A stretch of DNA of 64,000 nt. Origin: the human T2T-CHM13v2.0 reference genome, Homo sapiens. Shown one piece after another: positions 22,801 through 36,447 of this stretch (position 1 is its first letter; the number at the start of each line of letters is the position of its first letter). The notes under the pieces are model-generated. The model did not search any database, was not told the origin of the DNA, and saw only the letters and a program-made list of their open reading frames with translations. The translations under genes were made by a program, and so were the position numbers. The stretch lies in assembly GCF_009914755.1 (NCBI RefSeq), contig NC_060944.1; one strand, given 5' to 3'.

Positions 22801-23832
22801 AGCAGAAGCCTCAATGCTTCTTGTACAGCTTATGGAACCATGAGCCAATTTAAATTCTTTTCCTTTAAAGTACCCAGTCTCAGTTATTTCTTTATAGCAA
22901 TGTGAGAACAGATTAATATACCTACAGAATAGGAGAAAAATTTTGCAAACTACGCACCTGACGCAAGTCTAATATCCAGCATCTATAAGGAATGTAAACA
23001 AATTTTCAAGAAAAAAACTACCCCATTAAAAAGTGGGCAAAGGACATGAACAGCACCTTTCAAAAGAAGACATACATGTTGCCAATAAGCACATGAAAAA
23101 AAGCTCAATATCACTAATCATTAGAGAAATGTACATCAAAACCACAATGAGATACCATCTCACACCAGTCAGAATGGCTGTTACTAAAAAGTCAAAAAAT
23201 AACAGATGTGCAGAGAAAATAGAATAGTTATATACTATTGGAGGGAGTGTAAATTAGTTCAACCATTGTGGAAAGTGGTGTGGTTATTTCTCAAAGAGCT
23301 AAAAAAATAACTACCATTCAACCCAGCAATCCCACTGCTGGGTATACACCCAAAGGGATATAAATCATTCTATCATAAAGACACAGGAACGTGTATGCTT
23401 ATTGCAGAACTATTCACAATGGCCAAGCTATGGAATCAACCTAACTGCCCATCAGTGGTACACTGGATAAAGAAAATGTGAATATTATGCAGCCATAAAG
23501 AAGAATTATATCATGTCCTTTGCAGGAACATGGTGCTGGAGGCCATTATTCTTAGCAAACCAACGCAGGAACAGCAAACCAAATACTGCATGTTCTCACT
23601 TACAAGTGGGAGCCAAATGATGAGAACACACAGACACAAAGAAAGGAACAACAAACACTGGGGCCTATCTGAGGGTGGAGGGCAGGAGGAGGGAAAGAAG
23701 CAGAAAAAATAACTGGGCTTAGTACCTAGGTGATGAAATAATCTGTATGACACACCCCTGTAACAGGAGTTTACCTATATAACAAACCTGCACAAGTACC
23801 CCTGAACCTAAAATGAACGTTTTAAAAACATT
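19865..23832 (+). mobile_element. Older L1PA (about L1PA13-like) with internal deletion of ORF1 and the EN domain
   Basis: 5' UTR starts caagatggccaacc, jumps into ORF2 at ~20443, RT fragments ([13 protein letters not shown]), 3' UTR ends ~23830. Confidence 0.9.
22519..22920 (+). mobile_element. MSTA-like MaLR solo LTR inside L1
   Basis: tgacatgttttggatctgtgtc...tttatagcaatgtgagaacagattaatata; 5-bp TSD cttac/cctac; L1 frame resumes on both sides. Confidence 0.9.
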
Positions 23833-23834
23833 TA

Positions 23835-24873
23835 TAAAGAAGTTCAATAAAATCAAAAAATCTTATGTAGACTAAAAGGAAAAAATAAGAATGCTCAAAT
23901 AACTAAAATTAGAAATGAATAAGGGGATATTACTACCACTTTTATAGAAGTGAAAAGGATTATAAGAGACTACTATATGAACAATTGTATGCCAACAGAT
24001 CGGATAACCTAGATAAAATTGATAAATTCCTAGAAACCCCTAACCTGCCAAGACTGAATTAGGAAGAAATAGAAAATCTGAACAGACCTTTAATAAGTAA
24101 AGAGATTGAATCAGATATCAAAAACCTACCAAAAACAACAACAAAAGTCTAGGATCAACTTACTTCACTGGTGAGTTCTACCAAACATTTAAAGAATTAA
24201 CGTTAATCCTCCTCGAACTCTTCCAAAAACCTGAAGAGGAGGAAGTACTTCCAAACTTATTTTACAAGGCCAACATTGCACTTACACCAAAGACAGACAC
24301 AGACACAGACACTACAAGAAAATAAAACTATAAACCACTATCACTGACATATATTGATGCAAAAATCCATTTTAAAAACTGGCAAACAGAATTAAAGAGC
24401 AATTTAAAATGATTATACATCATGATCAAATGGGATTTTTTTCCTTAAATACAAGAATTGTTCAACATTTGAAAATCAATCAGTATAATATACCACATTA
24501 AGGGGAAATAGAATTATGGGGAAAAAACACATGATTATCTAAATTGCAGATAAGCCATTTGAAAATTCAACAACCTTTTATGATAAAAGCATCCAATAAA
24601 CTAGGAATGAAAGGAATTTGCCTCAACATAATAAAGGTAATATATAAAAGTTCCACAGATAATATCATACTCAATGATGAAAATCTGAAAGCTTTTTCTC
24701 TAAGATCAGGAACAAGATAAGCATCCTCACTTTCACCACTTCTAGTCTACTATGTTCTATTCCAACATAGTACTAGAAGTCCTGACCATAGCAATTTGGC
24801 AAGAAAAATAAATAGAAGGCATCCAAACTGGAAAGAAGAAGTAGAATTATCTCTATTCACAGGCAACATGATC

Positions 24874-24874
<1 letters not shown>
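23835..24874 (+). mobile_element. Old L1M ORF2, part 2
   Basis: Degenerate ORF2 (DKFLET..LPRLN.EEIENLNR; IDAKI; KAFSLRSGT). Confidence 0.8.
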
Positions 24875-24905
<31 letters not shown>

Positions 24906-27185
24906 ACTTTAAGTTCCGGGATACATGTGCATGTGCAGAACATGCAGGTTTCTTACATAAGTATGTATATGCGTGTCATGGTGGTTTGCTGCACCTACCA
25001 ACCAGTCACCTAGATTTTAAGCCTGGCATGCATTAGCTATTTGTCCTGATGCTCTCCTTCTTTTCTCCCCGCTCCAAAAGGCCCCACTGTGTGTTGTTCC
25101 CCTCCCTGTGTCCATGTGTTCTCATTGTTCAGGTCCCACTTATAAGTGAGAACTTGCAGTGTTTGGTTTTCTGTTTCTATTTTTGTTTGTTTGTTTTTTC
25201 CTCTTTTATTAAGTCCGCTATACTAACTAGAAGGAGAAGCTGTGGTTTTCACCTGACAGGCCACAGGGCCAATCACCACAGCTTCTTGTAGAGAACATGG
25301 AGAGTGCCAAGATCACCATCAGGTGCCGCTTCCTTCCTGTGGCTTTCCGTCTTCCAGTCGGCCTGGTCTTTTGCCTTGAAGGGCCCCAAAACATCAGCCC
25401 TGGCTGTCATCTTCATCCCAAATGCTGAGAAGATGGGCAGACAAGAACACGGAGGGTGTCACAGAGAGGTTCCCATCAGGTTCACAGGGCGCCCGCTGTA
25501 CCTCTTGGAGATGTCAGCTTCAATCAGCTTCTGCAGCTCCTTGGTCTTCTCCAGCAGCAGGTCCAGCTTAGGCTCCAGAGCCTCCTGCTCCTCAAGTGCC
25601 TCCTGCTGCTTCTGCACCATCAGCTCTTTCTTCAAAGCCAGCAGCTGGGACTGCTTCAGGTTTTGCTGGAGGAATTCAGTCACTCGGTCCACATACCTTG
25701 GTGAGGCCAGGTTCATAAACAGGTGTTGCAGTTGAAGACTGGTAAGTTTGCCAATCAGATCTTCCAACACTGACACCATGATAACCATCTTCTCTTTGGT
25801 CTGGCCCTGCAGGATGACTGGAGCCAGCTGGAACTGGCTCACAGACAGGACATCTGCCTTCTCACTCAACTCCACTGCTCTCTGGGCTAAGAAGATCTCA
25901 AGTTCCATGAGCTCATCGAGGAACTGATTCTGGGTCTCAGTGTATTCAAGAAGTGTCAGAGCATCTGGGCCCCTGGCAACACCTTCTGGAGCCTGGATTC
26001 CTGCTTCCACCACTGTGATCTGCAAAGCAACAGCATCGTCTCCCTAGTCTATCCCATCATCTCCAAGGTCCTTTGAGTCTGATTCCGGGAAGATGCCCCA
26101 GTCGATTCCAGCAGCCTCGGCAGAGATGCCAGCGTCAGTCCCCCCAGACACTGCCTCTACCCCAAAGTCGCCCCAGTCAATCGCGTCTTCTGCCACCTGC
26201 TCAGGAAGCTCCTCGAGGTGGGGTCGCTCCACCACAGAGGGCTCTGTCCCTGTCCTCCACTCGTACACCGTTGAGTTTCCCCGCTTCTGCACGAACCGCA
26301 GCATTGGCAACACCTGCTCTGTGGGGCTATCACACACAAACCCCACAGAGGCCTGGTACACTTCGATGGCTTCCCCCAGGGACTGCTGCGCCGCTGCCCC
26401 AGTCTCAGCCAGCTGACTTGGCAGGTCCTTCACCAGGGCCAGCAGTTCTCCTCGGGTATTTTCGCCCATGATGCCATACTGCTTGCAGGAGTGGTAGAAC
26501 TGCTCCCCCATCTCAGCAGCCCCTGCCTGGCACTCCTCCTCCTTGCAGCTGTATTCTTGCTGCAGCTGCTGGCACTTGGCAATCTGCTTCTTCAGTGAGG
26601 GGATCTCATAGTTGACATTCCAAACCAGGAGGCTAGAGAGTTCCACTAAGTAGGTGTTGTCCTTCTCATACAGGGCTATAATCTCCTGCCATTCCTTCAT
26701 CCACTGTGAAGAGTATCAGCCAAAAATATTTTTCGTGGAGGCCTCTGTGCCTTTGAAAAGGTCCAGGATTCTTAGGCAGTGAAAGTAGTGAATGTAGGAT
26801 CCAGACAGCAGCTGGGCGATCTCTTCGCTCTCTGGCATGTCCTGGATGGCAGCACTGATCTTCTCTCAGATCGTCAGCACCAGACTCTGCCATTTCAGGC
26901 TGCAGTACCTTCTGTCCACAAGCCAATCGAGCAGCTTGCTGGTCTGGATGTCGATGGGCATGTGCTGATGGTCCTCCATCTTTCCTCCACTTCCACTTCA
27001 GGCCAGAGATCTAGTTTTCTATTTCTGTGTTAGTTTGCTGAGGATGATGGCTTCCAGCTTCATCCATGTCCCTGCAAAGGATGTGATCTCATTCCTTTTT
27101 ATGGCTGCGTAGTATTCCATGGTGTACATGTACCACATTTTCTTTAGTCTGTCATTGATGGGCATTTGGATTGGTTCCATGTCTT
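24875..27185 (-). mobile_element. L1PA 3' fragment (24875-25178 and 27013-27185) hosting the CDK5RAP3 retrocopy
   Basis: T-rich tail at 24875; L1 3' UTR is continuous across the pseudogene; TSD ggcaacatgatct (24862-24874 / 27186-27198). Confidence 0.9.
25180..27012 (-). pseudogene. CDK5RAP3P1: Processed pseudogene of CDK5RAP3 (C53/LZAP)
   Basis: ATG 26979 (MEDHQHMPIDIQTSKLLDWLVDR) to TGA 25459 = 507 codons, intronless, with in-frame stops at codons 38, 88 and 312. 3' UTR with AATAAA near 25205-25210; TSD-like ggttttctgtttct (25165-25178) / agttttctatttct (27013-27026). The symbol suffix is from memory. Confidence 0.93.
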
Positions 27186-27289
27186 GGCAACATGATCTTA
27201 TTTGTAAATATTCCACACTAAAATAAATGCTAGAACTAATAAACAAATTCAACCAAGTTGCAGATATAAAATCAACATACATGACTCAT

Positions 27290-29486
27290 AACACATATTC
27301 TATCCTGTCGGTCACATTGCTTCCCTTTCTAATACAATTTCTTGGAGAGGCTGGTATCTTCTTGAATAATGGACACAAGAAGTTTCCAGTGCCTTCAATA
27401 TAAAACCTACACTCTCTAGCCTGTATTTCAGCTTAGGCTACTACAATCCATCCATCCCCTCATTCCACACCAGTTTATCATTTCATACTCTGTACCAGGC
27501 TAGGAACACAGAGGTCTCCAATGCCTACCACACTGATAAAAATGAGTCCAAAGAACCTGTAAACTGTACCACTCTTGATTGTGATTTTCTTTATAAGGAA
27601 TGTCCGTCCTTTCTCCTTTAAGCATGGATGAAGCAGGAAGATAGAAAAGGAAAGAAGTGAAGTAAATGACATTTGCATGCTGTGGTACATTCAAACTACC
27701 ACAGAAATACAGAGAAAGTACTCAACTGCTGCTACATCAGACACCTTGCTGGTCAACCAGAGGAAGGGGGATGAAAATGGCACTCATTCATCCATGCTCC
27801 AGCATCATAGTATCACTGTCTTTTTTACCTCAATCTTTTTTTACCTCAAAACCCTCATCATGATGTCTCTCCTGGCACCATCCTACTTACAGTAGGATGA
27901 GAATATCTGCAGGGGGTTTCCCCAGGGTGGCATCCACACTTTTCTGGATAACACTAGATCTGGAGAATTTTCCTCTCACCCAAACATACCAGATGGAACA
28001 CTTCCTGTTTTTAGTCACCAGAGAGAGGAGTAGGAACATATACAATAAGAATAAGGGAGAAATAATGCATTTTCTTCAGTCTCTCCACATGTGGAGTAGC
28101 CCAAGACAGCCTTGGGAGGAAGCCTTCTATAGTGGCACCCAAAAGTTTCATAAAAGACCTTTGCTACTCTTCTCTCTTGAACAGCTTCCATGGCTTCATA
28201 TTGTCCTGAATCATTGTGCATTGTATCTCCCATGTCAAATTAATGTCACCTTTGAAATCTCTCCCTCTTCAGACCAGAAGACAGAGGAGACCTGCTTTCA
28301 CATCCCAGCATGTACTTTAACAATGATTTTGTGTCTCAACTCTCTGAAACTAGCTTTTCTATCTCAGAAATGGACTTAGAGGAGTTTCAGATATGGGCAT
28401 CAGATATCAAGTGTGTATAGAGAAGGAAGTTTTAGAGGCAAGAACATACTAAAATAATTTGAGGAAATTATTTTAAATTCTCACACTAAATCTTCTTCTC
28501 TAGAAATTCAGTAGGCCTGGATAGGGGCCCAGGGAATGGTATCTTGCATGAGTGTCCCCCTCACCACTATCATAAGCCCCCGCTTGATATTAATTCCTCA
28601 ACTATTCCCAATCATGACCTTCTAACTCTCACATTTATGTATCACCCAGACTGTCTTCCCTCACAATATAGTCCATGGCTTAACATCATAAATCAAGTAA
28701 CACCTACAACCACCATCAATAACTTATGCATGTACTTTTTTAATAGTTCCATCCAGAGCTCTTAAAAATATATCTAAGTACACCTGATACATTTATCTTC
28801 TGCCAACTGGGAACCCCAAATTGTGTTCTCTTCAAACTTCAAAGATCTTTCCGTCTCATTTATATCTGCTTATGGCATACTATATTTATTTAGTCATAAA
28901 TCATTTATATATTAATTTATTTAATAGACATTTACAAATAAAGTAAATAAAACACTCAGCTTAACAGGGATACAGAGATTTATATGAAAATGTAAGTAGA
29001 TAAATCTCATATGTGTATGCTTGAGATGGTAAAAGAAAAGAATGAGTGACTTTCTTATTAGAAGAGATTGTTCAAAATAGTTCCTGGCCCTGAATTATTC
29101 CAGCTGGACACATGTTAAAAATCATTAAGGAAGGAGAACTTTTTATAACCCTTGAAACATAAAGTTCTGTCTTCATTTTATTGTAAATTCATTTGCAGTG
29201 ATGATTACTATTCCTATGTTTTACTGAATATGGGAACAAGGATACCTCAAGAAAAAAGGTAAAAGGAAAAGGGTTTTGGAGGATGGAGTGTAAGAGAAAA
29301 AGTGAGGAGAGTAAAAGGAAGGGATTATGGAGCAGTAGAAGTAGAAGCAAGGGGAGGAAGAAGGCAAAAGGCTAGACATCATAACTGAACTCACTCCCAA
29401 GAAAGGAGAAATAACTTTGGTTGGTTGTCCATATGTCTGTATGTCTAGTTAATGTTCCTCCTATGTTTCTTATTTCCTTTTTGTAG

Positions 29487-29527
<41 letters not shown>

Positions 29528-30454
29528 ATCTGGAAACATTCTAGCCCCCTGATTTCATTTACCTGCACTGCCTTCTCCTACATTTAGGGCTGTTTATGGT
29601 CAATGAAAGTCACACTCAAGGGAGTTTTTGAAGAATGTGAAAGGACACACTAGATATATTTTATTCAAGGCTAATTAGTTGCCATTCCATAAGACCCTTG
29701 CTGTGGTGCACTCAGGTGTTTTATTAAACTCTAGCCAGCCCTCATCCCAGACTAACCCAAATTCTGCTCATAACAACCCAACATTCATTCTTTTTGCACC
29801 AAACATCTGACAAAACCAAATGCCAATCCCAGTTCTACCTCCATGTTATGCCCACTCAAGCCCCAATCCCAAGACAAACACAACACTAGTCAAGCCATCC
29901 AACACCAACACCCAGCTTCAACCCAACAACCAGCTCATCCACAAATGTCCTCTACTCCAATTCTCAGTTTCACCCAATTTCACTGCTGGATACATTCATC
30001 CACAAATACAATTCTTAACCCAGCCTATCCCAAACCACTGCCCCAGCCTAATTTTATAAATATGATCCTCACTTCCATCTCATCATTGTTTATTGTTTCT
30101 ATCATTACACAAACACAAAGGTCCCATCCTTTTTGTACTACAATTCACTACCCAATCTCCAAATAGCCCCTTGATTCATCCTATAAATGTTCAACTTGAA
30201 CTCAATTTCTCACACCTAACCTGTATCCAAATCTTTCATCTCAATGACATTGCTAACCCTAAATTGTTCTATGCCAATCCTCTCTACCACTCTACCAACC
30301 AAAAGCATCACATTCTTAATTTGATCTTAGAAGTACAAAGCCAGTAAGAGATCCTGACATGATACAAACCTGAGGGTAAAATCCCTAAGCTGCCTGACAC
30401 CACATCATCAAAACTGCAATACACATGCAGGACCCCAGAACCTTTGAGAGACAG
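27290..30454 (-). pseudogene. Diverged paralogous copy of the DEFB116 intron (remnant of a lost beta-defensin gene)
   Basis: Colinear non-repeat anchors to 44720-48655: 27456-27478 vs 44882-44904; 27747-27820 vs 45230-45300; 28235-28270 vs 45733-45769; 30423-30451 vs 48623-48651 (27/29 identical). Confidence 0.75.
29491..29526. repeat. (TG)18 microsatellite
   Basis: Perfect dinucleotide run. Confidence 0.97.
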
Positions 30455-32950
30455 AACAAAATCAGAAAACTTCATGGCAATATCTTTGATGAACATAGAT
30501 GCAAAAATCCTCAACAAAATGCTGGCAAACTGAATCCAGCAGCATATCAAAAAGCTTATCTGCCATAACCAAGTAGACTTCATCCCTGGATGCAAGCCTG
30601 GTTCAGTATATGCAAGTAAATAAATGTGATTCACCACATAAAAAGAATGAAAAACAAAAACCACATGATTGTCTCAATAGATACAGAAAAGACTTTCAAT
30701 AAAATTCAACACCCTTTCATGTTAAAAACTCTCAATGAACTAGGCACTGGAGGCACATACTTCAGAATAATAAGAGCCATCTATGACAACCCCACGGCCA
30801 ACATTATACTGAATGGGCAAAAGATGGAAGCATTCACCTTGAAATCTAGAACAAGACTAGGATACCCTCTCTCACTTCTATTCAACATAGTACTGGAAGT
30901 GCTAGCCAGAACAATCAGGTGAGAGAAAGAAAAAAAAAAGGATCTAAATAGAAACAGAAGAAGTCAAACTATCCCTGTTTGCAGACAATATTATTCTATA
31001 CCTAGAAAATCCCATAGTCATTGCCCGAAAGCTCCATGATATAATACACAACTTCAGCAAAGTTTCAGGATACAAAATCAATGTACAAAAATAGGTAGCA
31101 TTCCTATATACCAACAACATCCAACTGAGAACCAAGTCAAGAGTGCAATCTCATTCACAATAGCCACAAAAAGAACAAAATACCTAGGAATACAGCTAGC
31201 CAGGGAGGTAAAAGATCTCTACAATCAGAATGACAAAACATTCAAAGAATGTTCATCTCTGCTCAAAGAAATCAGAGATAACACAAACAAAAGGAGAAAC
31301 ATTTCATGCTCATGGATATGAAAAATCAATATTGTCAAAATGGCCATGCTACCTAAAGCAATTTGCAGATTCAGTGCTATTCCTATCAAACTACCATTGA
31401 CATTCTTCATAGAATTAGAAAAAAGTATATTGAAATTCATGTGGAAAACTATTTTGAAATTCCTGTGAAAAAAGAGCCTGAATAGCAAGGGCAATCCTAA
31501 GCAAAAAGAGCAAAGCTGGATGCATCACATAACCCGAATTCAAACTGTACTACAAGGCTACAGTAACAAAAACAAGACACATAGACCAATGGAACAGAAT
31601 ATAGAGCCCAGAAATAAAGCTGCACACCTACAACCATCTGATCTTTGACAAAGTATACAAAAACAAGCAATGGGGAAAAGACTCCCTATTCAATAAATGG
31701 TGCTGGTATGACTGACTAGACATATGCAGAAGATTGAAACTGGACCCCTTTCTTACATCATATTAAAAAAATCAAATCAAGATGGATTAAAGACTTAAAT
31801 GTAAAACTTAAAATTATAAAAACCCTGGACGATAACCTAGGAAATATCATTCTGGACATAGACTCTGGCAAAGATTTCATGATAAAGACACCAAAAGCAA
31901 TTGCAACACAAAGTAATAAATGGGAACCAACTAAACTAAATAGCTTCTGCACAGCAAAAAGAATCTATCAACAGAGTAAACAGACACCCTACAGAATGGC
32001 GGAAAATATTTGTAAACTATGCATTTGACAAAGGTCTAACATCCAGAATCTATAAAGACTTAAAAAAAATTAACAAGCAAAAAACAACCCCATTAAAAAC
32101 TGGGCAAAGGCATGAACAGACACTTCACAAAAGAAGGCACATATGTGACCAACAAACGTATGAAAAAATGCCCAACACCACTAATTGTTACAGAAATGTA
32201 AATCAAAACCACAACGAGATATCATCTCACACCCGTCAGAATGGCTATTATTAAAAAGTCAAAAAATAACAGATGCCGGCAAGGTTGAGCAGAAAAGGAA
32301 ACACTTATGCACTGCTGGTGGGAATGTAAATTAGTTCAACCATTGTGGAAAGCAGTGTGGTTATTTCTCAAACAGCCTAAAACAGAATTACCATTTGACC
32401 AAGCAATCCCATTACCGAGTATTTGCCCCAAGGAATATAAATTATTCTACCATAAAGCCACATCCACATGTATGTTCATTGAAGCACTATTCACAATAGC
32501 ACAGGCATGGAATCAACCTAAATGCCCATCAATGGTAGACTGGATAAAGAAAATGTGGTATATATACACCATGGAATACTATGCAGCCATAAAAAGAATG
32601 AAATCATGTCCTTTGCAGCAGCATGGATGGAGCTGGAGGCCATTATCTTACGTGAACCAATGCAAGAACAGAAAATCAAATACCCTATGTTCTCACTTAT
32701 AAGTGGGAGCTAAACATAGAGTATGTATGAACACAAAGAAGGGAACAACAGACACTGGGGCCTACTTGAGGGCGGAGGGTGGGAGGAGGATGAGGATTGC
32801 AAAACTACCTATCAGATACTAGGCTTAATACCTGGGTAATGAAACAATCTGTACACCAAACTCCCATGACACGAAACTCACCTAGATGACAAATCTGCAC
32901 ATGTACCCCTGAACCTAAAATAAAAGTTAAATAAATAACTAAATAATAAA
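30455..32950 (+). mobile_element. 5'-truncated L1PA15/16-like element
   Basis: ORF2 RT and C-terminal fragments, 3' UTR and A-rich tail; no convincing TSD. Confidence 0.9.
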
Positions 32951-33045
32951 ACAAATGTTTGGTAGAATTCCATGGTAAAGCCATCAGGTCCTGGGATTTT
33001 CTTTGATGCAACACATTTTATTACTGATTCAATCTCCTTACTCAT

Positions 33046-33142
33046 TGCTATGGTTTGAATATTTGTCCCTTCTAACACTCATGTTGAAACTTAATCCCCA
33101 ATGTGACAGCATTGAGAGATGGAGTCTTAAGAAAGGATTGGG
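33046..33142 (+). mobile_element. MST-like LTR 5' fragment
   Basis: tgctatggtttgaatatttgtccc...ctcatgttgaaacttaatccccaatg. Confidence 0.75.
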
Positions 33143-35841
33143 GAGGAAGGTGAAGCAAGATGGCAGAAAAGAAGGCTTCACCAATCATCCCGCCCTGCAA
33201 GGACACCAATTTAACAACTATCTACACACACATATACACACACTCAGACACAAACCATCTTCAATAGAAACAAAAATGAGGTGAGCCCTCAGAATTTTAT
33301 ATCACTGAAAGATGCACCAAAGAGGCAGAAAAAAGTCTTGAATCACAGATGTCACCCCTCCCCCATCCTCTGGGAGCAGCAGCATGGTACAGAGAGCATT
33401 TTTGTGTGCTGGGGGAGGGAGGGCACAGCAATTGTAAGGCATTGAACTCAATGCTTTCCTGTTACAGCAGAAAGAAAAACCAGACCAAACTCAGCTGGTG
33501 CCCCCTCCCTCCCATATACACACACAGTGGGAGCAGTTAAATCAGCCCTAGCTAGAGGGGAGTTGCCCATCCCAGAACTTGAATTCTTGCAAACCTTGCC
33601 ACTGAGGGCTAAAGTGCTCTGGATGTCTAAGTAAACTTGAAAAGCACTGTAGGCCAGAGAACTGCAACTCTTAGGCAAGTCCTAATGCTGAACTCAGCCC
33701 AGAGACAGTAGACTAGGGGTGCACACAACTGACTGAGACTCCAGCCGGGACCGCTAAGAGAGTGCTGGTATCACCTCTCCTCTAACCCCAAGCTGCACAG
33801 CTTGTGGCTCTGAAAGAGACACATTCTTTCTCCTTGAGGAGAGATGAGGGAAAAGTGGGGAGAACTTTGTCTTGCATCTTGGATATCAGCTCAGCCACAG
33901 CAGGATAGGGTGCCAGTGAGAGCCGTGAGGCCCCTTTTTCTGGCCCTAGCTCCAGGATGACATTTCTTGACACACCCTGGGCCACAAGGGAACCCACTGC
34001 TTTGAAGGAAAAAACCCAGTCCTGGAACGATTCACTGCCTGCTAACTGAAGAGCCCTTGGGTGCTGAATAACCAGCAGAGATACCCAAGTACTATGTTGA
34101 GGGCCTTGGGTGGGCCTCTGAGACTTGCTGGCTTCAGGTACCAGCTCAGCCACAGGTGAGTAGAATACCAAGCACTCTAGATTCTAGAACTTGGCTCTTG
34201 GATGGCAATTCTGGATCTGCCCTGGGCCAAAGGGGAGCCCACTGCCCTGAAGGGTGATTCCCAGGCCAAGCAGCATTCACCACAAGCTGACTTAAGAGCT
34301 CTTTGGCCATAAAGGAACATTGGCAGTAGTCTGGCACTACTCTCCATGTCCTATGGTGGTGATGGCTATGGGGTGAGGCTCCTCTGCCTTTGGAAAGGGG
34401 ATGGAAAAGTGGGAAGAACTGCATCTTGTGGTTTGAGTGCTGGCTCACCTGCAGTACAACAGAACACCAGGTAGACTTCTAAGGCTTTTTACTCTAATCT
34501 CTGACTCCTGAATGACACCTATGGACCCACTCAGGGTCTGAGGATACTTGCCATCTTGAATGGAAGGACATAGGCCTGGTTTGCTTTGCCACCTCCTGAT
34601 TATAGAGTCCCACGGCCTTGAGAGAACATAGGGAGTTACTACCAGGGAGTGGTTACAGCAGGCCTTGGGTGAGACCCAATTCTGTGCTGGCTTCAAGTCT
34701 GACCCAGCACAGCCAGAGTGGTGGTGGCCACAGAGGTGCTCATCTTCCTCCCCCCGACACCCCCACAACTTTAAATGGCTCAGAACAAAGACATTCCATT
34801 TGTTTGGGAGAAAGTAAAGAAAGAGAAAAGAGTATCTTCCTGGTAATCCAGAGAATTCTTCCAAATCTTGTCTAAGACTATCAAGGCAGTACCTTTATGA
34901 GGTTGAAAGAACCACAGTGTTACTGGGCTTGGAGTGCACCCTAAAACAGATAGAGCTTAGATCACAATACCCAAGTCATTTCAAATATTTGGAAAGCCTT
35001 CCCAAGAAAGACGAGTACAAACAAGCCCAGACAGTGAAGACTACAATAAATACCTAACTTCTCTGCCCAGACACCAAAGAACTCTATAAGCATCAACACC
35101 ATCTAGGAAAACATGACCTCACCAAATGAACTAAATAAGGCATCACAGACCAATCATAGAGAAACAGAGATATGTGACCTTTCAGACAGAGAATTCAAAA
35201 TAGCTGTTTTGAGGCAACTCTAAGAAATTCAAGATAACACAGAGAAGAAATTCAGAATTCTACCAGATAAATTTAATAAAGAGAATAAAATAATTTAAAA
35301 TAAGTAGAAACTCTAGAGCTGAAAAATACAATTGGCAGACTGAAGAACACATCAGCATTTTTAAACAGCAGAATTGATCAAGCAGAAGAAAGAATTAGTG
35401 AGCTTGAAGACAGACTATTTGAAAATACACAGTCAGAGGAGACAAAAAAATGAAAAAGAATAAAGCATGCCTATAAGCTCTAGAAAATAGCTTCAAAAGG
35501 GCAAATTTAAGAGTTGTCTTAAAGAGGAGGTAGAGAAAGAGAGATAGGGGTAGAGAGTTTATTAAAAGGGAAAATAACAGAGAACTTCCCAAACCCAGAG
35601 GAAGATATCAATGTGCAAGTACAAGATGGTTATAGAACACTAAGTAGATTTACCCCAAAGAAGACTACCTCAAGGCATATAATAATAAAACTTCCAAAGA
35701 TCAAGGCTAAAGAAAACATTCTAAAACCAATAAGAGAAAATAAACAAATAACACACAATGGAGCTCCAATATGTCTGGCAGCAGACTTTTCAGTAGAAAC
35801 CTTATAGGCTTATGCCAGGAGAGAGTGGCATAACATATTTA

Positions 35842-36165
<324 letters not shown>

Positions 36166-36210
36166 AAAGTACTGAAGGAAGAAAACTTATCCTAGAATAG
36201 TATATCTGGT

Positions 36211-36447
36211 AAATATATATATTTGAATATATATATACACATATATATTTGAATATATATATACACATATATATTTGAATATATATACACATATATATAT
36301 TTGAATATATATACACATATATATATTTGAATATATATATACACATATATATATTTGAATACATATATACACATATATATATTTGAATATATATATACAC
36401 ATATATATTTGAATATATATATCCACATATATATATTTGATATATAT
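36211..36447. repeat. AT-rich minisatellite, ~26-28 bp unit (ATATATATTTGAATATATATACAC), about 9 copies
   Basis: Recurrent tttga cores spaced 26-28 nt apart. Confidence 0.95.

Noticed and set aside
27897-28379. 160-aa ORF in unique sequence
   Set aside because: Lies antisense within the intron duplicate and has no recognisable motif; the paralogous DEFB116 intron has no comparable + strand ORF in the track.
32950-33045. Short antisense L1 ORF2 piece as a twin-priming inversion of the 30455-32950 L1
   Set aside because: It lies 3' of the poly(A) tail, not at the 5' end, so it is more likely an older separate fragment.
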